The position numbers and the translations under genes are program-made. Below the pieces are notes generated by a model that had not been told where the DNA came from, made no database searches, and saw only the letters and a list, made by a program, of their open reading frames with translations. Positions 29,350-39,357 of a DNA stretch of 64,000 bases are shown piece by piece. This DNA is from Patescibacteria group bacterium (GTDB taxonomy: Bacteria > Patescibacteriota > UBA1384 > DATEAH01): the NCBI GenBank assembly GCA_035288465.1, contig DATEAH010000006.1:27770-91769 (forward strand), in the 5' to 3' direction. Positions within the stretch are counted from its first letter, which is position 1. Every line of letters starts with the position of its first letter.

Positions 29350-30543
29350 ATGGATTTATCTGAATTTAAAGAAAAACTTAACCATTGGTGGGCTTTCCCG
29401 TGTTGTGGTTGCGCATTAATTTTGGCATTAATTATAATTACCATCGCCGCTCTTGCTAGCACCTATACTAAATCACTTGGCGACCAAACCCCAGCTGGCG
29501 GCGGTGCTGGTGTTTGTAGTAACGTTCCTGCGCCATATGATAAAATTTTTGGTACCGCCGGAGACAAGTGGAAAGTTCAGCCAGGTTTTTTGGCAGCAAT
29601 TTTTGTTGCTGAACATGGACCAGTAATACGATATCGATCAGGATATAGTCCGGTTACTTCAAAAACTGCTGAATTTCCTGAAGCGGGTGGCGATCCCGAA
29701 GCAATAATAAAATGGGAAACATCCAGCGCTGGAGCCTTAGGTCCAATGCAATTTATGCCCGGAACATGGCCTGGTTATGCTCAAGATGCAAACGGAGATG
29801 GAAGCACCGATCCTCAAAATATTGTTGATGCCGCCTTTGCTTCTGCAAAATATTTAGCGATGGCCGGAGCTGGAGGAAATACTACCGACCTTGACAAGTT
29901 AAGAGATGCCGCCTCCCAATATAATAGCGGCCGACCATGGAGTCAGGGACAGAATATTAGAGAAACGAGCAGATATGTACCAAAAGTAATTAATAAGTTT
30001 CAACAATTCTATTGTGACGCAGGCGGCGCCGGTTATGCTGCAATAACAGGTAAAACATATTATCCTGTTAAGCCGCCGATTATTAGCTTTGGCAATAGCC
30101 GGCACCATTGCACACGAAATCGACCCTCTCCATGTAATCCTAATGGAACAGGACACAGTAAATTTCATAAAACTGGAGTTGCTATTGGGGATGCGGTTGA
30201 TTTAAAAAGTGGGGCTGGTAATCAAATTTATGCTATTTTTGACGGAGTGGCTGAAAAAAGATATACGAGGAGTGGTGGATTTAGTCACCTCAGGCTACAT
30301 TCTGCTTCAAATTCCGTAGTATTTGCAAATTATGCCCATATAAACGCAACCAAAACTGGAAGGGTTAATGCTGGAGACATAATTGGTTATTATGGAGTTG
30401 GGGCTGGACATCTCCATTTCGAATTGTGGCCGAATGAAGGCAAATCGATAGAAGGAGACCCCGCACGAGGAAGTGGCGCTGCTTATTGCAAATCAATTTG
30501 GGAAAATATGGCAAAATTCTTAGGATTAAGTCCATACCCATAA
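29350..30543 (+). CDS. Bifunctional cell-wall hydrolase: lytic transglycosylase (SLT-like) plus M23 peptidase (VirB1/CwlT-like)
   Basis: An N-terminal TM, then GALGPMQFMPGTWPGYAQDANGDGSTDPQNIVDAAFASAKYL (an SLT catalytic region), then a C-terminal HLHFELW M23 motif. Confidence 0.7.
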   Translation: MDLSEFKEKLNHWWAFPCCGCALILALIIITIAALASTYTKSLGDQTPAGGGAGVCSNVPAPYDKIFGTAGDKWKVQPGFLAAIFVAEHGPVIRYRSGYSPVTSKTAEFPEAGGDPEAIIKWETSSAGALGPMQFMPGTWPGYAQDANGDGSTDPQNIVDAAFASAKYLAMAGAGGNTTDLDKLRDAASQYNSGRPWSQGQNIRETSRYVPKVINKFQQFYCDAGGAGYAAITGKTYYPVKPPIISFGNSRHHCTRNRPSPCNPNGTGHSKFHKTGVAIGDAVDLKSGAGNQIYAIFDGVAEKRYTRSGGFSHLRLHSASNSVVFANYAHINATKTGRVNAGDIIGYYGVGAGHLHFELWPNEGKSIEGDPARGSGAAYCKSIWENMAKFLGLSPYP

Positions 30544-30553
30544 AGGAGGAAGG

Positions 30554-31639
30554 ATGAATAAAAAAACCATTATTTATATAACACTTGGCGGAATATTATT
30601 AGTTTTGATAATCTTGGCTATAATTTTTTCTAAAAATCAAGGCTATAATAATTTATTAAGCAAAAAAGCCACGACTAACATAAATAGTGAAAAAATTTTA
30701 AACAGAAAAATTTCTTATCCCTCCTTATTGAAAGAAAAAAATAATATATTATTTTTAGACATTGTTGAAGAAAAGTTAGGTGTGATTAATTTAGAAACCA
30801 AAGATTCTGAATTTATTTCACCTGATTTAAAATTGTTTGAATCATTATATGATATTATTTGGTCCCCCGAAGCCAAACAAGTATTTTTTAAGATAATTTA
30901 TAATGATAGTTTTAATAAGTGGGGTGGCTTCTTCTGGGAATCTAAAATTAAAGAAGGGGAAAATACAATCTGGCATTTTGATCTAAATGAAAACAAACCA
31001 AAAATACTTCAAAACAATATTGTAGATTTACTATGGTTGTCTGAATCTCAAATTATGTATATTTATCAAGAAAATAATAAAAGCAAATCCTTGTATAAGA
31101 GTAACCCCCAACTTACCAACCAACAAAAATTGTTCAATTTGCCTAACGAGGCCTTTGAATTGTTAAATTATAATCGACAGACTAATATTTTATACTACTC
31201 CAGATCTATACAATCCATAGGGGGAGGTTTTGACATCTATAAACTCAATCTAAATACAGGAAAAGAAGAAAAAATTCTAGGCGGAATTAGGCAAATATTT
31301 ATTTCGCCTGATCAAAGATTTATTGTTTATGGTAAATATGAAGAAGATGACCAAACTTATTTACTTAAAGTAGATGGAAATCAAATCAATAAAATGGATT
31401 TTATCCCCAATGAATGTATTTTTTACATTAAAGATAATAAGCCCCATGCTCTTCTGTCAGGACTCAAAAAAAATGATCCTTTATTGGGAATGATAGATTT
31501 AAATGAGGGGAAAATAATAAAATATATTTATTCAAATAAAGATATAAAATTTTACGAAAATCTAATACTATCCCGTGACGGCAAAGCTTTGTATTTCACA
31601 TCAGATGATTATTTATATAAAATGGAAATAGCAGAATAA
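30554..31639 (+). CDS. Membrane-anchored hypothetical protein (Asn/Lys-rich, beta-rich)
   Basis: An N-terminal TM (IIYITLGGILLVLIILAIIF). No motif was recognised. Confidence 0.4.
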   Translation: MNKKTIIYITLGGILLVLIILAIIFSKNQGYNNLLSKKATTNINSEKILNRKISYPSLLKEKNNILFLDIVEEKLGVINLETKDSEFISPDLKLFESLYDIIWSPEAKQVFFKIIYNDSFNKWGGFFWESKIKEGENTIWHFDLNENKPKILQNNIVDLLWLSESQIMYIYQENNKSKSLYKSNPQLTNQQKLFNLPNEAFELLNYNRQTNILYYSRSIQSIGGGFDIYKLNLNTGKEEKILGGIRQIFISPDQRFIVYGKYEEDDQTYLLKVDGNQINKMDFIPNECIFYIKDNKPHALLSGLKKNDPLLGMIDLNEGKIIKYIYSNKDIKFYENLILSRDGKALYFTSDDYLYKMEIAE

Positions 31640-31640
31640 A

Positions 31641-31772
31641 AAATTCTAAATCCTGAATCCGAGATCCTAAACAAATTCTAATTTTCCAAATTACAAATTT
31701 CAAACAAGTTTGAGATTTAAAACATTGGAATTTAAATATTGTTTAGAAATTAGTGCTTAGGATTTCGAATTT
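31641..31772. repeat. MITE-like palindromic repeat copy R7 (most complete)
   Basis: Left arm gagatcctaaacaaattctaattttcc and right arm attgtttagaaattagtgcttaggatttcgaattt. It is followed by a ccugcc-UUCG-gcggg tetraloop hairpin (31774-31788) just 5' of the AAGGAGGGG SD. Confidence 0.6.
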
Positions 31773-31803
31773 ATCCTGCCTTCGGCGGGACTAAGGAGGG
31801 GTT

Positions 31804-33759
31804 TTGGCAAACAGCGATAATGACGACAAAAAATCACAACTCTCAGCCAAAGAGCTCGAATTATATTTAAAAGAAAAACACGTTCAAACTCCTGCAGATG
31901 AGGAAACTAAACAAATAGAAGGAAAGGACGAAAAAGAAGGAGAAGAAACTGCGGGAGAAGACAAGCTCGAAGAACAAGGCATTAAAATCGAGTCTGTTTC
32001 TGGTGGACCAAAATTTAACCCGCCAGCCCTAAATAAACCAGTTCAACCTGGCACAGAATTAGGTCCCAAGCCAATTAATGTTAATGAGGATTTTAGGCCA
32101 AAATCACCAACCACGGCCCAACCGCAACCGACTCCTCCTGCTCCAGCAGTAACTGCCCCAACGCCAACGCCCACAACGCCAACTTCAACCACCACTACAC
32201 CGACCACAACACCAAGCCCTAAAGAACCGGTAATGCCAGCAGGTGCACCAGTAGTTGTTCCCGCACCTCAAAAACCTAGCACCCCAGAACCGGTTTCTAA
32301 CTCAAAATATTTAAATATTTCCACGCCTGAATCCAATAAAAAATCAGCTGAAACCAACAAACTTCCGTATACTACCCCCGAGCAAGATTCAAACATAGAT
32401 AAAGAAAAACCCTCGGCATTGGGAAAAGTTTTTAAAATATTTTTAATCATAATTCTTTTGGCAGGATTGGGTGGTGGTACTTGGTGGTATTTTTTGGCAC
32501 CAGGTTATTTGAATTTAACCGTGAATCCACCTGGCGCAACAATTCAGGTTGATAATAATAAAACCTCTGATACAAAAACCAAGCTCAAGCCTGGTTCTCA
32601 CACCCTAACGGTTCAAAAGCAAGGTTATGTTAATTATTCAAAACAAATTAACATTAAAAGGCTCCAAACCATCCAATTATCCGTAGAATTAATGAAAAAT
32701 CCTGCTCCGGCAAAAGTCTCCTCGACACAAATTAGTAATTTTTTTACCGATAAAGACGGCTTAGTGGTTTTAGGCAATAACGGCAAAACATTATACAAAA
32801 TAGAATCCGAAACTACCACGACTAATACTTCGAGCTCAAACAGCGATAGCTCCGAATTGACACAAAAGGCGATCAGTCCTGACAACCTGGGCGGAATCGA
32901 GGATATAATCTGGCACCCCAAAGAAAACCTGGCGATTATGAAAATTAAACAGAATAAGGCGGCCTTGGCAACAACGCTTTTTGCCAATAAAAGTGTGGCT
33001 AACGACCAAATTATGACTTATTTATTTGATTTTAAGCGTTATGATTTGGTTAATCAGGAAGTAACTTTTTGGGGAACCGATATTGGCGATATTGTCTGGT
33101 CACCCAGTGGGGAAAATATTTATTATTCATATGCACCAGCTTCTGGAGAAAAAACGCTGATCTCTGCCTCTAAAAACAATCAAAATTTAGAAAGATTGCT
33201 CAACTTCAAAGAAAGTAAAATTGAAAATCCAAATATTTCAATTTCTGCCGACGGTAAGTATTTATTAATCGTCTCGCATTCTTCGAATTATGATTCTAAT
33301 GAGGTGTATTTATTTGAAATTGTCACCAAGCAATTAACCAAATTAACCACCGGCGGGCATAAAATCAAGGCTAAATTTAGCCCAAATAGCCAGCAAATTT
33401 TATACACTTCTTACGGCGCCAACGACATTGAACCTACCGAATATTCGACCCTTGGAGTTGTTAATGTGACCACCAAAAAAACTAAAGCATTAAACGCACG
33501 TGCCACCACTGATCGAGCTGATTTTACCACAGATTCAAAATATATTTTGGCGGCGGTCTCGGTGGGAACTAATAAAAATGATGTCTTTGTTAAAATTGAT
33601 CCTGAAACTGTGGCTAAAACCGAGTTACCAATAGAAATGTCCTCAACACCACCAGACAACAGCAAACTAATTAAACCCGCTAAAGTGATTTTTATCGAAA
33701 ATAAGGCATATTATATTTATTTAGGGAATTTATATAGTCTTAATTTAGTAAATATATAG
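31804..33759 (+). CDS. Membrane protein with Pro/Thr-rich linker, PEGA domain and TolB-like beta-propeller repeats
   Basis: TTG start after SD. PEGA-like LNLTVNPPGATIQVDNNKTSDTKTKLKPGSHTLTVQKQGYVNYSKQINI. Repeated SPDG/SPSGENIYYS/SADGKYLLIV/FSPNSQQILYTS TolB/PD40-like blades. Confidence 0.5.
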   Translation: MANSDNDDKKSQLSAKELELYLKEKHVQTPADEETKQIEGKDEKEGEETAGEDKLEEQGIKIESVSGGPKFNPPALNKPVQPGTELGPKPINVNEDFRPKSPTTAQPQPTPPAPAVTAPTPTPTTPTSTTTTPTTTPSPKEPVMPAGAPVVVPAPQKPSTPEPVSNSKYLNISTPESNKKSAETNKLPYTTPEQDSNIDKEKPSALGKVFKIFLIIILLAGLGGGTWWYFLAPGYLNLTVNPPGATIQVDNNKTSDTKTKLKPGSHTLTVQKQGYVNYSKQINIKRLQTIQLSVELMKNPAPAKVSSTQISNFFTDKDGLVVLGNNGKTLYKIESETTTTNTSSSNSDSSELTQKAISPDNLGGIEDIIWHPKENLAIMKIKQNKAALATTLFANKSVANDQIMTYLFDFKRYDLVNQEVTFWGTDIGDIVWSPSGENIYYSYAPASGEKTLISASKNNQNLERLLNFKESKIENPNISISADGKYLLIVSHSSNYDSNEVYLFEIVTKQLTKLTTGGHKIKAKFSPNSQQILYTSYGANDIEPTEYSTLGVVNVTTKKTKALNARATTDRADFTTDSKYILAAVSVGTNKNDVFVKIDPETVAKTELPIEMSSTPPDNSKLIKPAKVIFIENKAYYIYLGNLYSLNLVNI

Positions 33760-33766
33760 GGGCAAA

Positions 33767-36466
33767 ATGGCAGATGATGACCAAAATTTATTATCGACGC
33801 CAGGAGCTGATGATTCAGAAGAACCGGCGGGAGGGGAAACAAATCAAGAACCAGAACCGCAAATAGATTCAAACCGAGGTCCAGACGTGCGGGATAGATT
33901 GCAACAATGGGGAAAAAATCGAAAAGAAAAACAAGCAGCTAAAAAAGCCGCCAAAACTGTAGCTAAAACCGGTGAAAAAGCGGTTGAGGGTGCAGCAAAA
34001 AAGGGCGCTGCGACCACAGCCAAGGCTGGCGCTCGTGCGGCGGCACAAGCTGTGGGCACGGCGGTTTTGGATGCTCTTGGCGTGGCCACTTCTGAGGCTT
34101 GGGTGCCAATTTTAATTGGGATAATAATTCTGGTGGTTGGTTTTATTGTTTTAATAATTTTAATCATCGTTATTTTTTGGCTTTTGCGGGGCGGGGCCGG
34201 CCAATCCGCATATATGAGTGCGGGCGATCCAATTAATGGCCCAAATGCGGCAGTTTATGCAGATATGAAAAATTTAATTGATAAAGGCAAAATTGTCGCG
34301 CCCTCAGAATCCCCGGAACCCGATAAGACCGAGGTTCCTTCAGAAAAAGAATTTTTATTAGGGAAAAAACATCCCACGGTTGGCCATGTTGATGTCAGGC
34401 TCTTAAAATCCCTGGTTTATTTGGGCGAAAAACACGAACGTATTTACGTTCGTAATGTTTTATATCCTTATGTTTATATGCCCGTCAATACCATTGAGAC
34501 CAAAAATACCAAAGACAACACCTTTGAAAAATCAATTTCTGCCCATAAAGAGGGTAAAGCCGCAGATATTAGCCAAATTGACAAGGGTTGTAAGAAAAAC
34601 TTAGAGGTCTCATGGCAAGATGATCCGGTCCAAACTGAAACCGAGGATCGCGGTATCCAACGCGACGAGGCAATCAATATTTTAGAAGAATCAATGGGCT
34701 TGGCCCAAAATAGCCTTGAGGGTAAAAACTTTGAAGAGATTTTACAGAACACTGGCCAGGCTGAATTAGAAAGATATTTCAAGCTTGAACCGGGCAGTTT
34801 AGACGGCAAGGATTTAAACGAGGTGATTAGTAACTGGGGACAAAGAGAATTTAATGAAAAGTTGAATTTGCCTTACGAAGTTAACGGTGTAAATTTTGAT
34901 CAATATGTCATTGATCTGGCGCAAACCAAAATTGAGGAGGTTTTCGGCTTACCCAATGAAAGCTTGCGCGGTCAAAATTTACAAGAAATTGCCATTAATC
35001 TGGGACAGACTAAAATTGAAAAAGAACTCGGCTTACCGGCCGGCACCCTTACCAATAAAGACAGCTTAAAATTTTATGCCCAAAATAAATGGGGCGACCA
35101 AGTTGATGAAAATCTGCTTAAAATCGCTGCGGATTTAGACCTTGCTCAATTGGGTTTATCCGAGAGAATTTTAATTGATTTATTCCATAAAGCCGAAGCT
35201 GGACAGGATCTTTCTTTTGAATTAAAAAATATTGGTGGTGCGGTTTTGGCAAATTCTCTTGATTTGCCACAAGGTACTAATATTTTTACAAATTATATGA
35301 TTGCACCGGATCCTGGTGGTTTCTCAATTGATTATCAGCAAACCATTGTCAATCAATTTTGGCAAAGTGTCACCGATGCCGAAATAGGATCTGGACTACC
35401 AGAAGGAAGCATTAAAAATTTCCTAAACGCAATGGCAAAAGGCGAAAATCCCCAAGATTATTTTAGAAATATCGGCAGCGATATTATTGATAATAATATT
35501 GGCTGGAAGGCTCGAACTGCCTATCAGCTGGCGACGGGCGCGATTGGGGTGGAACAAGCCCTGGCCAATACTGATTATTCAATTTCTGATCTGTCAGCCC
35601 GATGGAATGTCTCCGAACAATCGGTGAGAAATTTTTTATCAGGTAATATTAGCGCCGCGATTAAAGAAGAAGGCCAGCTCAGGCTTTCCTCGACCTTTAA
35701 TCTTCCCTATGATTTGGCGGGTGATTTAATTAATGGCAGAATAAATTATCAAACCGCCTTAAGTCTTGCCGGTATCAACTTAAATGATTTAGCCAAACAG
35801 TGGGATGTGCCAATTAATTCCTTAACAAGTTTTATGTCTGGGGATATAAAGGGTGCGGCAACTTCTTATGGAATTCAGATTATGAAGGAGAATTTTAAAA
35901 TGTCTGATGCGCAGATTAATGCCGCCCTTACCCTAATTCAAACCGGCGACATTAAGGGCGCTGCTGAACAATTTGCTAAAAACTATGCTCTAAACGCGAT
36001 TGGCGTTGCCTTCGGTTTGCCGCCTGGCACGATTCAGGCGGTGTTAATGGTGATTGAAAATCCAGAACTACTCTTAAATCCTTTAAAACAATTAGGCTCG
36101 ATGGCAAAAGAAGCGATTAGCGGCATTAGCAAAACCATCAAAAGTATTTTAAGTTTTGGCGGAATTTTCGGCCGAAAAAAATGCAGCACGCGCGACAAGG
36201 TGAGAGCAAAAATTCATCAAGTTACTAAAGAATTATTAGAAATGCCTGCGGCGAATATTCCAAAACTTGGTTTGCCTGACCGGTCCGAAATGAGGGTGAC
36301 GCAACTAATTGTCTGGAGCTATGAACGCGACGTGATGCCACTTGAAATTGGGACCGAGCAACCGACCTTAGATTATGTGTATGGCACCGGTCGGCAACCA
36401 AATTATGGACTTTTTGCGACAAAGGGTAATAATTATTTACTTGATCATATTCACGTTGGTTACTAA
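33767..36466 (+). CDS. Large membrane-anchored protein with LAS/M15-like peptidase motif and about eight internal ~35-aa GQ/GLP repeats
   Basis: An acidic then AKK-rich cytoplasmic N-terminus and one TM. HPTVGHVD...SISAHKEGKAADIS fits the M15 (VanY-like) H...SxHxxGxAxD pattern. Repeats such as NLQEIAINLGQTKIEKELGLPAGTLT recur. Confidence 0.4.
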   Translation: MADDDQNLLSTPGADDSEEPAGGETNQEPEPQIDSNRGPDVRDRLQQWGKNRKEKQAAKKAAKTVAKTGEKAVEGAAKKGAATTAKAGARAAAQAVGTAVLDALGVATSEAWVPILIGIIILVVGFIVLIILIIVIFWLLRGGAGQSAYMSAGDPINGPNAAVYADMKNLIDKGKIVAPSESPEPDKTEVPSEKEFLLGKKHPTVGHVDVRLLKSLVYLGEKHERIYVRNVLYPYVYMPVNTIETKNTKDNTFEKSISAHKEGKAADISQIDKGCKKNLEVSWQDDPVQTETEDRGIQRDEAINILEESMGLAQNSLEGKNFEEILQNTGQAELERYFKLEPGSLDGKDLNEVISNWGQREFNEKLNLPYEVNGVNFDQYVIDLAQTKIEEVFGLPNESLRGQNLQEIAINLGQTKIEKELGLPAGTLTNKDSLKFYAQNKWGDQVDENLLKIAADLDLAQLGLSERILIDLFHKAEAGQDLSFELKNIGGAVLANSLDLPQGTNIFTNYMIAPDPGGFSIDYQQTIVNQFWQSVTDAEIGSGLPEGSIKNFLNAMAKGENPQDYFRNIGSDIIDNNIGWKARTAYQLATGAIGVEQALANTDYSISDLSARWNVSEQSVRNFLSGNISAAIKEEGQLRLSSTFNLPYDLAGDLINGRINYQTALSLAGINLNDLAKQWDVPINSLTSFMSGDIKGAATSYGIQIMKENFKMSDAQINAALTLIQTGDIKGAAEQFAKNYALNAIGVAFGLPPGTIQAVLMVIENPELLLNPLKQLGSMAKEAISGISKTIKSILSFGGIFGRKKCSTRDKVRAKIHQVTKELLEMPAANIPKLGLPDRSEMRVTQLIVWSYERDVMPLEIGTEQPTLDYVYGTGRQPNYGLFATKGNNYLLDHIHVGY

Positions 36467-36557
36467 GATCATTTAATAAACAGCTAACAGTAAATGATTA
36501 ACAATAAATAAATCAAGCGGCAATGTTTAATATTGTTAATTATTAATTGTTGGTTGC

Positions 36558-36845
36558 TTATTGTTTATAGATCTTTGTTCTAATGTGCCGGATGAGATCT
36601 TTTTTTAATTTATGGTTAATTTTTTTAATTAATTCCGCAGACTTAAAACGAATTTCTCCGGCGAGAATTGGATGAGAGGTTTGTAAAACCAAAGTATTAT
36701 TTTTAAAAGATGCGGCGCTAATTTCGTCATTTTTTATTATTTCATCAATGACTTGCTGAGCGCAATAACAAACCCAGGCTGATTCAATCGGAGATTGGCC
36801 TTTTTTCTTTTTGTTTAAAATATTTTCAATTTTATCAAAAGACAT
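36558..36845 (-). CDS. DUF721/DciA-like protein downstream of recF
   Basis: A 95 aa ORF at the canonical position following dnaA-dnaN-recF. The call rests on size and context. Confidence 0.45.
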   Translation of the reverse strand: MSFDKIENILNKKKKGQSPIESAWVCYCAQQVIDEIIKNDEISAASFKNNTLVLQTSHPILAGEIRFKSAELIKKINHKLKKDLIRHIRTKIYKQ

Positions 36846-36855
36846 TTTTGTCCTT

Positions 36856-37938
36856 TTATAATTTAATAATTTTAGCTTTCTTTTTTAAACTTTCTGGGAC
36901 GGTTTTTAAATCGCAGCTGCTAATAATGGTTTGGGCAGATTGGGCAACCTGCACCAAAAAATTACGGCGCTGTTCGTCTAATTCCGAAAAAGCATCATCC
37001 AATAATAATAGCGGGTAATTGTCATCTTCAACCAAAAAATCTACTTCAGCCATTTTTAAAGCCAAAACCGCAGTTCTGATTTCGCCTCTTGAGCCGAAAT
37101 GATTAATATTTTTGTCATCAATTTTAAAAATCAAGTTGTCCCGTTGTGGACCAACAATGGTTTTTTGGAAAATAATTTCCCGCTGTTGGAAGAGCTTAAG
37201 TTTTTCGCTAAATTTAGCTTTGATATCGGCAAGGTTTTTGCCGGTTAATGTATTTTTATATTCAATTTTTAAAGCTTGATTTTTACCGGCAATTTCTTGA
37301 TATTTTTCGGAAAGGTGGCGATTAAATTTAGAAATCAATTCTTGCCTTGATAAAATAATAAAACCGCCATAATCAATTAATTCCTGAGACCAAAAGTCTA
37401 ATTCCCCCACCCTGGCTAATCCCTGATTAATTTTTGCCAAAATAATATTACGGTTTTTTAAAACCCTCATAAAATACAATAAATACTTGGCATATTTGGG
37501 ATCGTGCTGGCAAATCAAAAAATCCAAAAAACGGCGCCTAAAGCTCGGCGCGCCCAAGACTATATCTAAGCTTTCCGGAGAAAACATCACAGTTTTTAAT
37601 TTTCCGATTACAAAAAAGAGTTTTCGGGCTCGATCGTCAATTTTGACGATTTTGGGTAGTTTTCGGTCAGGCCTCAAATCAATCATAAATTCAATTTTAA
37701 GTTTTTTATCATTATCCTTAATTCGAGCTTCAAGTCTGGCAAAATCCTTACCCCACAAAACTAAATCTGAATTTTTAGCGGGACGGAAAGACTTTGTCGA
37801 TGATAATAAATAAATCGCTTCCAAAAGATTAGTTTTGCCACGACCGTTTGGACCAGTAATAATATTAAATTGAGAAAAATCAAGACTGAATTTGGCAAAA
37901 TTGCGAAAATTCGTCAAGTTTAGTTTTTTTAAAAACAT
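36856..37938 (-). CDS. recF: DNA replication/repair protein RecF
   Basis: MFLKKLNLTNFRNF...NIITGPNGRGKTNLLEAIY (Walker A) and LLLDDAFSELD. Confidence 0.9.
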   Translation of the reverse strand: MFLKKLNLTNFRNFAKFSLDFSQFNIITGPNGRGKTNLLEAIYLLSSTKSFRPAKNSDLVLWGKDFARLEARIKDNDKKLKIEFMIDLRPDRKLPKIVKIDDRARKLFFVIGKLKTVMFSPESLDIVLGAPSFRRRFLDFLICQHDPKYAKYLLYFMRVLKNRNIILAKINQGLARVGELDFWSQELIDYGGFIILSRQELISKFNRHLSEKYQEIAGKNQALKIEYKNTLTGKNLADIKAKFSEKLKLFQQREIIFQKTIVGPQRDNLIFKIDDKNINHFGSRGEIRTAVLALKMAEVDFLVEDDNYPLLLLDDAFSELDEQRRNFLVQVAQSAQTIISSCDLKTVPESLKKKAKIIKL

Positions 37939-37942
37939 TTTG

Positions 37943-39055
37943 TTATTCTTCGGTTCTTAGCGGCATAATAATGTAAAAATAGTCTTTTGAATCTTCTAAA
38001 TATAATTTAGCAGGACTCAAGTTTCCCGAAAAATCAAAATTAATTTTGCCTTTTTTAAGCGCTGACATACCATCAAAAATAAATTTTGCGTTAAAAGAAA
38101 CTTCTAAATCACTGCCGGTAATCTCTGCGGCGGCGCTGGCTTTTGAGGTTCCGATCTGTTCAGCACGGGCCGAGATTATCATTTGGTTTGGGGCTTTTAG
38201 TTTGATTTTAATATTATTAGCAGATTCTTTAGCAAATAAGCTGGCAATTTTTAGGGCTGATTGGAGATCTTCAAAATTAATTTTTACTTTAGCGGTGTAT
38301 TTGGTGGGAATAATTTGTTCATAATCTGGAAAGTTACCTTCAATTAATCTTGAAATTACTTCAATATCTTCATTAATGGCAAATCTGATTTGATTTTCCG
38401 AAACTGAAACCTGAACATTTTCAGACGAAACAGCACCTAAGATTCGACCAATTTCTGAAACTGCTTTTAGGGGCACAATTACTGAATAATCTTTACCAAC
38501 AGCTTTTTCTAAAGGAATGGTTTTTTCCGCTAAACGGTAGCTATCTGTGGCGACTAATTTTAATTTATCTTTGATAAATTTAAAACAAACTCCAGATAAA
38601 ACTGGCCTAGTCTCATCCATGGCGGTCGCGCTCACTACTTGTGGGATGGCTTCTTCTAAAATTTTTCCTGAAATGGCGCAAGTTGGTTTTTCGGAAATTT
38701 CCGGAATTAAAGGAAAATCATCAGCCGCAGTGCCTTGTAAAGTAGCGGAGTATTTTTCACTTTTTAAATCAATTTTAAAATCAGTTTGTTCAAGATCTAT
38801 TTTTTTATCATTACAAGATGAGACAAATTCACTAAAAATTTTTGCCGGTAAGGTGATTTTGCCTGGTTTTTCGATTTTGGCGCCAATCCAGATATTAATC
38901 CCAATTTCTAAATCAGTGACTGATAATTTTAACCTACCTTCATCGGTTGATAATAAAACATTACTTAATATAGGAAGAGTAATTTTAGGGGTGACAACTC
39001 GACCAACTAAATTTAAACCGTGATGTAAATTTTCTTGTGTGCATGATAATTTCAT
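37943..39055 (-). CDS. dnaN: DNA polymerase III beta sliding clamp
   Basis: A 370 aa protein in the conserved position between dnaA and recF, with beta-clamp-like three-domain repeats. Confidence 0.85.
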   Translation of the reverse strand: MKLSCTQENLHHGLNLVGRVVTPKITLPILSNVLLSTDEGRLKLSVTDLEIGINIWIGAKIEKPGKITLPAKIFSEFVSSCNDKKIDLEQTDFKIDLKSEKYSATLQGTAADDFPLIPEISEKPTCAISGKILEEAIPQVVSATAMDETRPVLSGVCFKFIKDKLKLVATDSYRLAEKTIPLEKAVGKDYSVIVPLKAVSEIGRILGAVSSENVQVSVSENQIRFAINEDIEVISRLIEGNFPDYEQIIPTKYTAKVKINFEDLQSALKIASLFAKESANNIKIKLKAPNQMIISARAEQIGTSKASAAAEITGSDLEVSFNAKFIFDGMSALKKGKINFDFSGNLSPAKLYLEDSKDYFYIIMPLRTEE

Positions 39056-39357
39056 TTTTTTATTCTCCTTTTTAGGGTTGGTTCTAAATCTTATTTATCC
39101 ACAGGTTTATGTTTAATTTAAAAGTAATTAAATAAATTAGTAGTAATAATAAGGGTTAAAAAAACAGTGGATAACTAGGTTTTTAAATAAGAATTAAGGT
39201 GGATAATATGAGGACAATTTAAACCTAAATTATGGATAAGATGAGGATAATTTGTGGATAAGATTATCCATAATATTTTTTATTTTTTAGAGTTTGATAT
39301 TAATTTTTATTTAAGTGTTAAATCTTCCACAACTTATCCACAAGTTCTGTGGATAAG
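39056..39357. promoter_or_regulatory. DnaA-box cluster (oriC candidate) between dnaN and dnaA
   Basis: Perfect or near-perfect TTATCCACA/TGTGGATAA boxes at 39095-39103, 39166-39175, 39198-39206, 39231-39239, 39253-39261, 39265-39273, 39334-39342 and 39348-39356, in AT-rich DNA. Confidence 0.7.
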
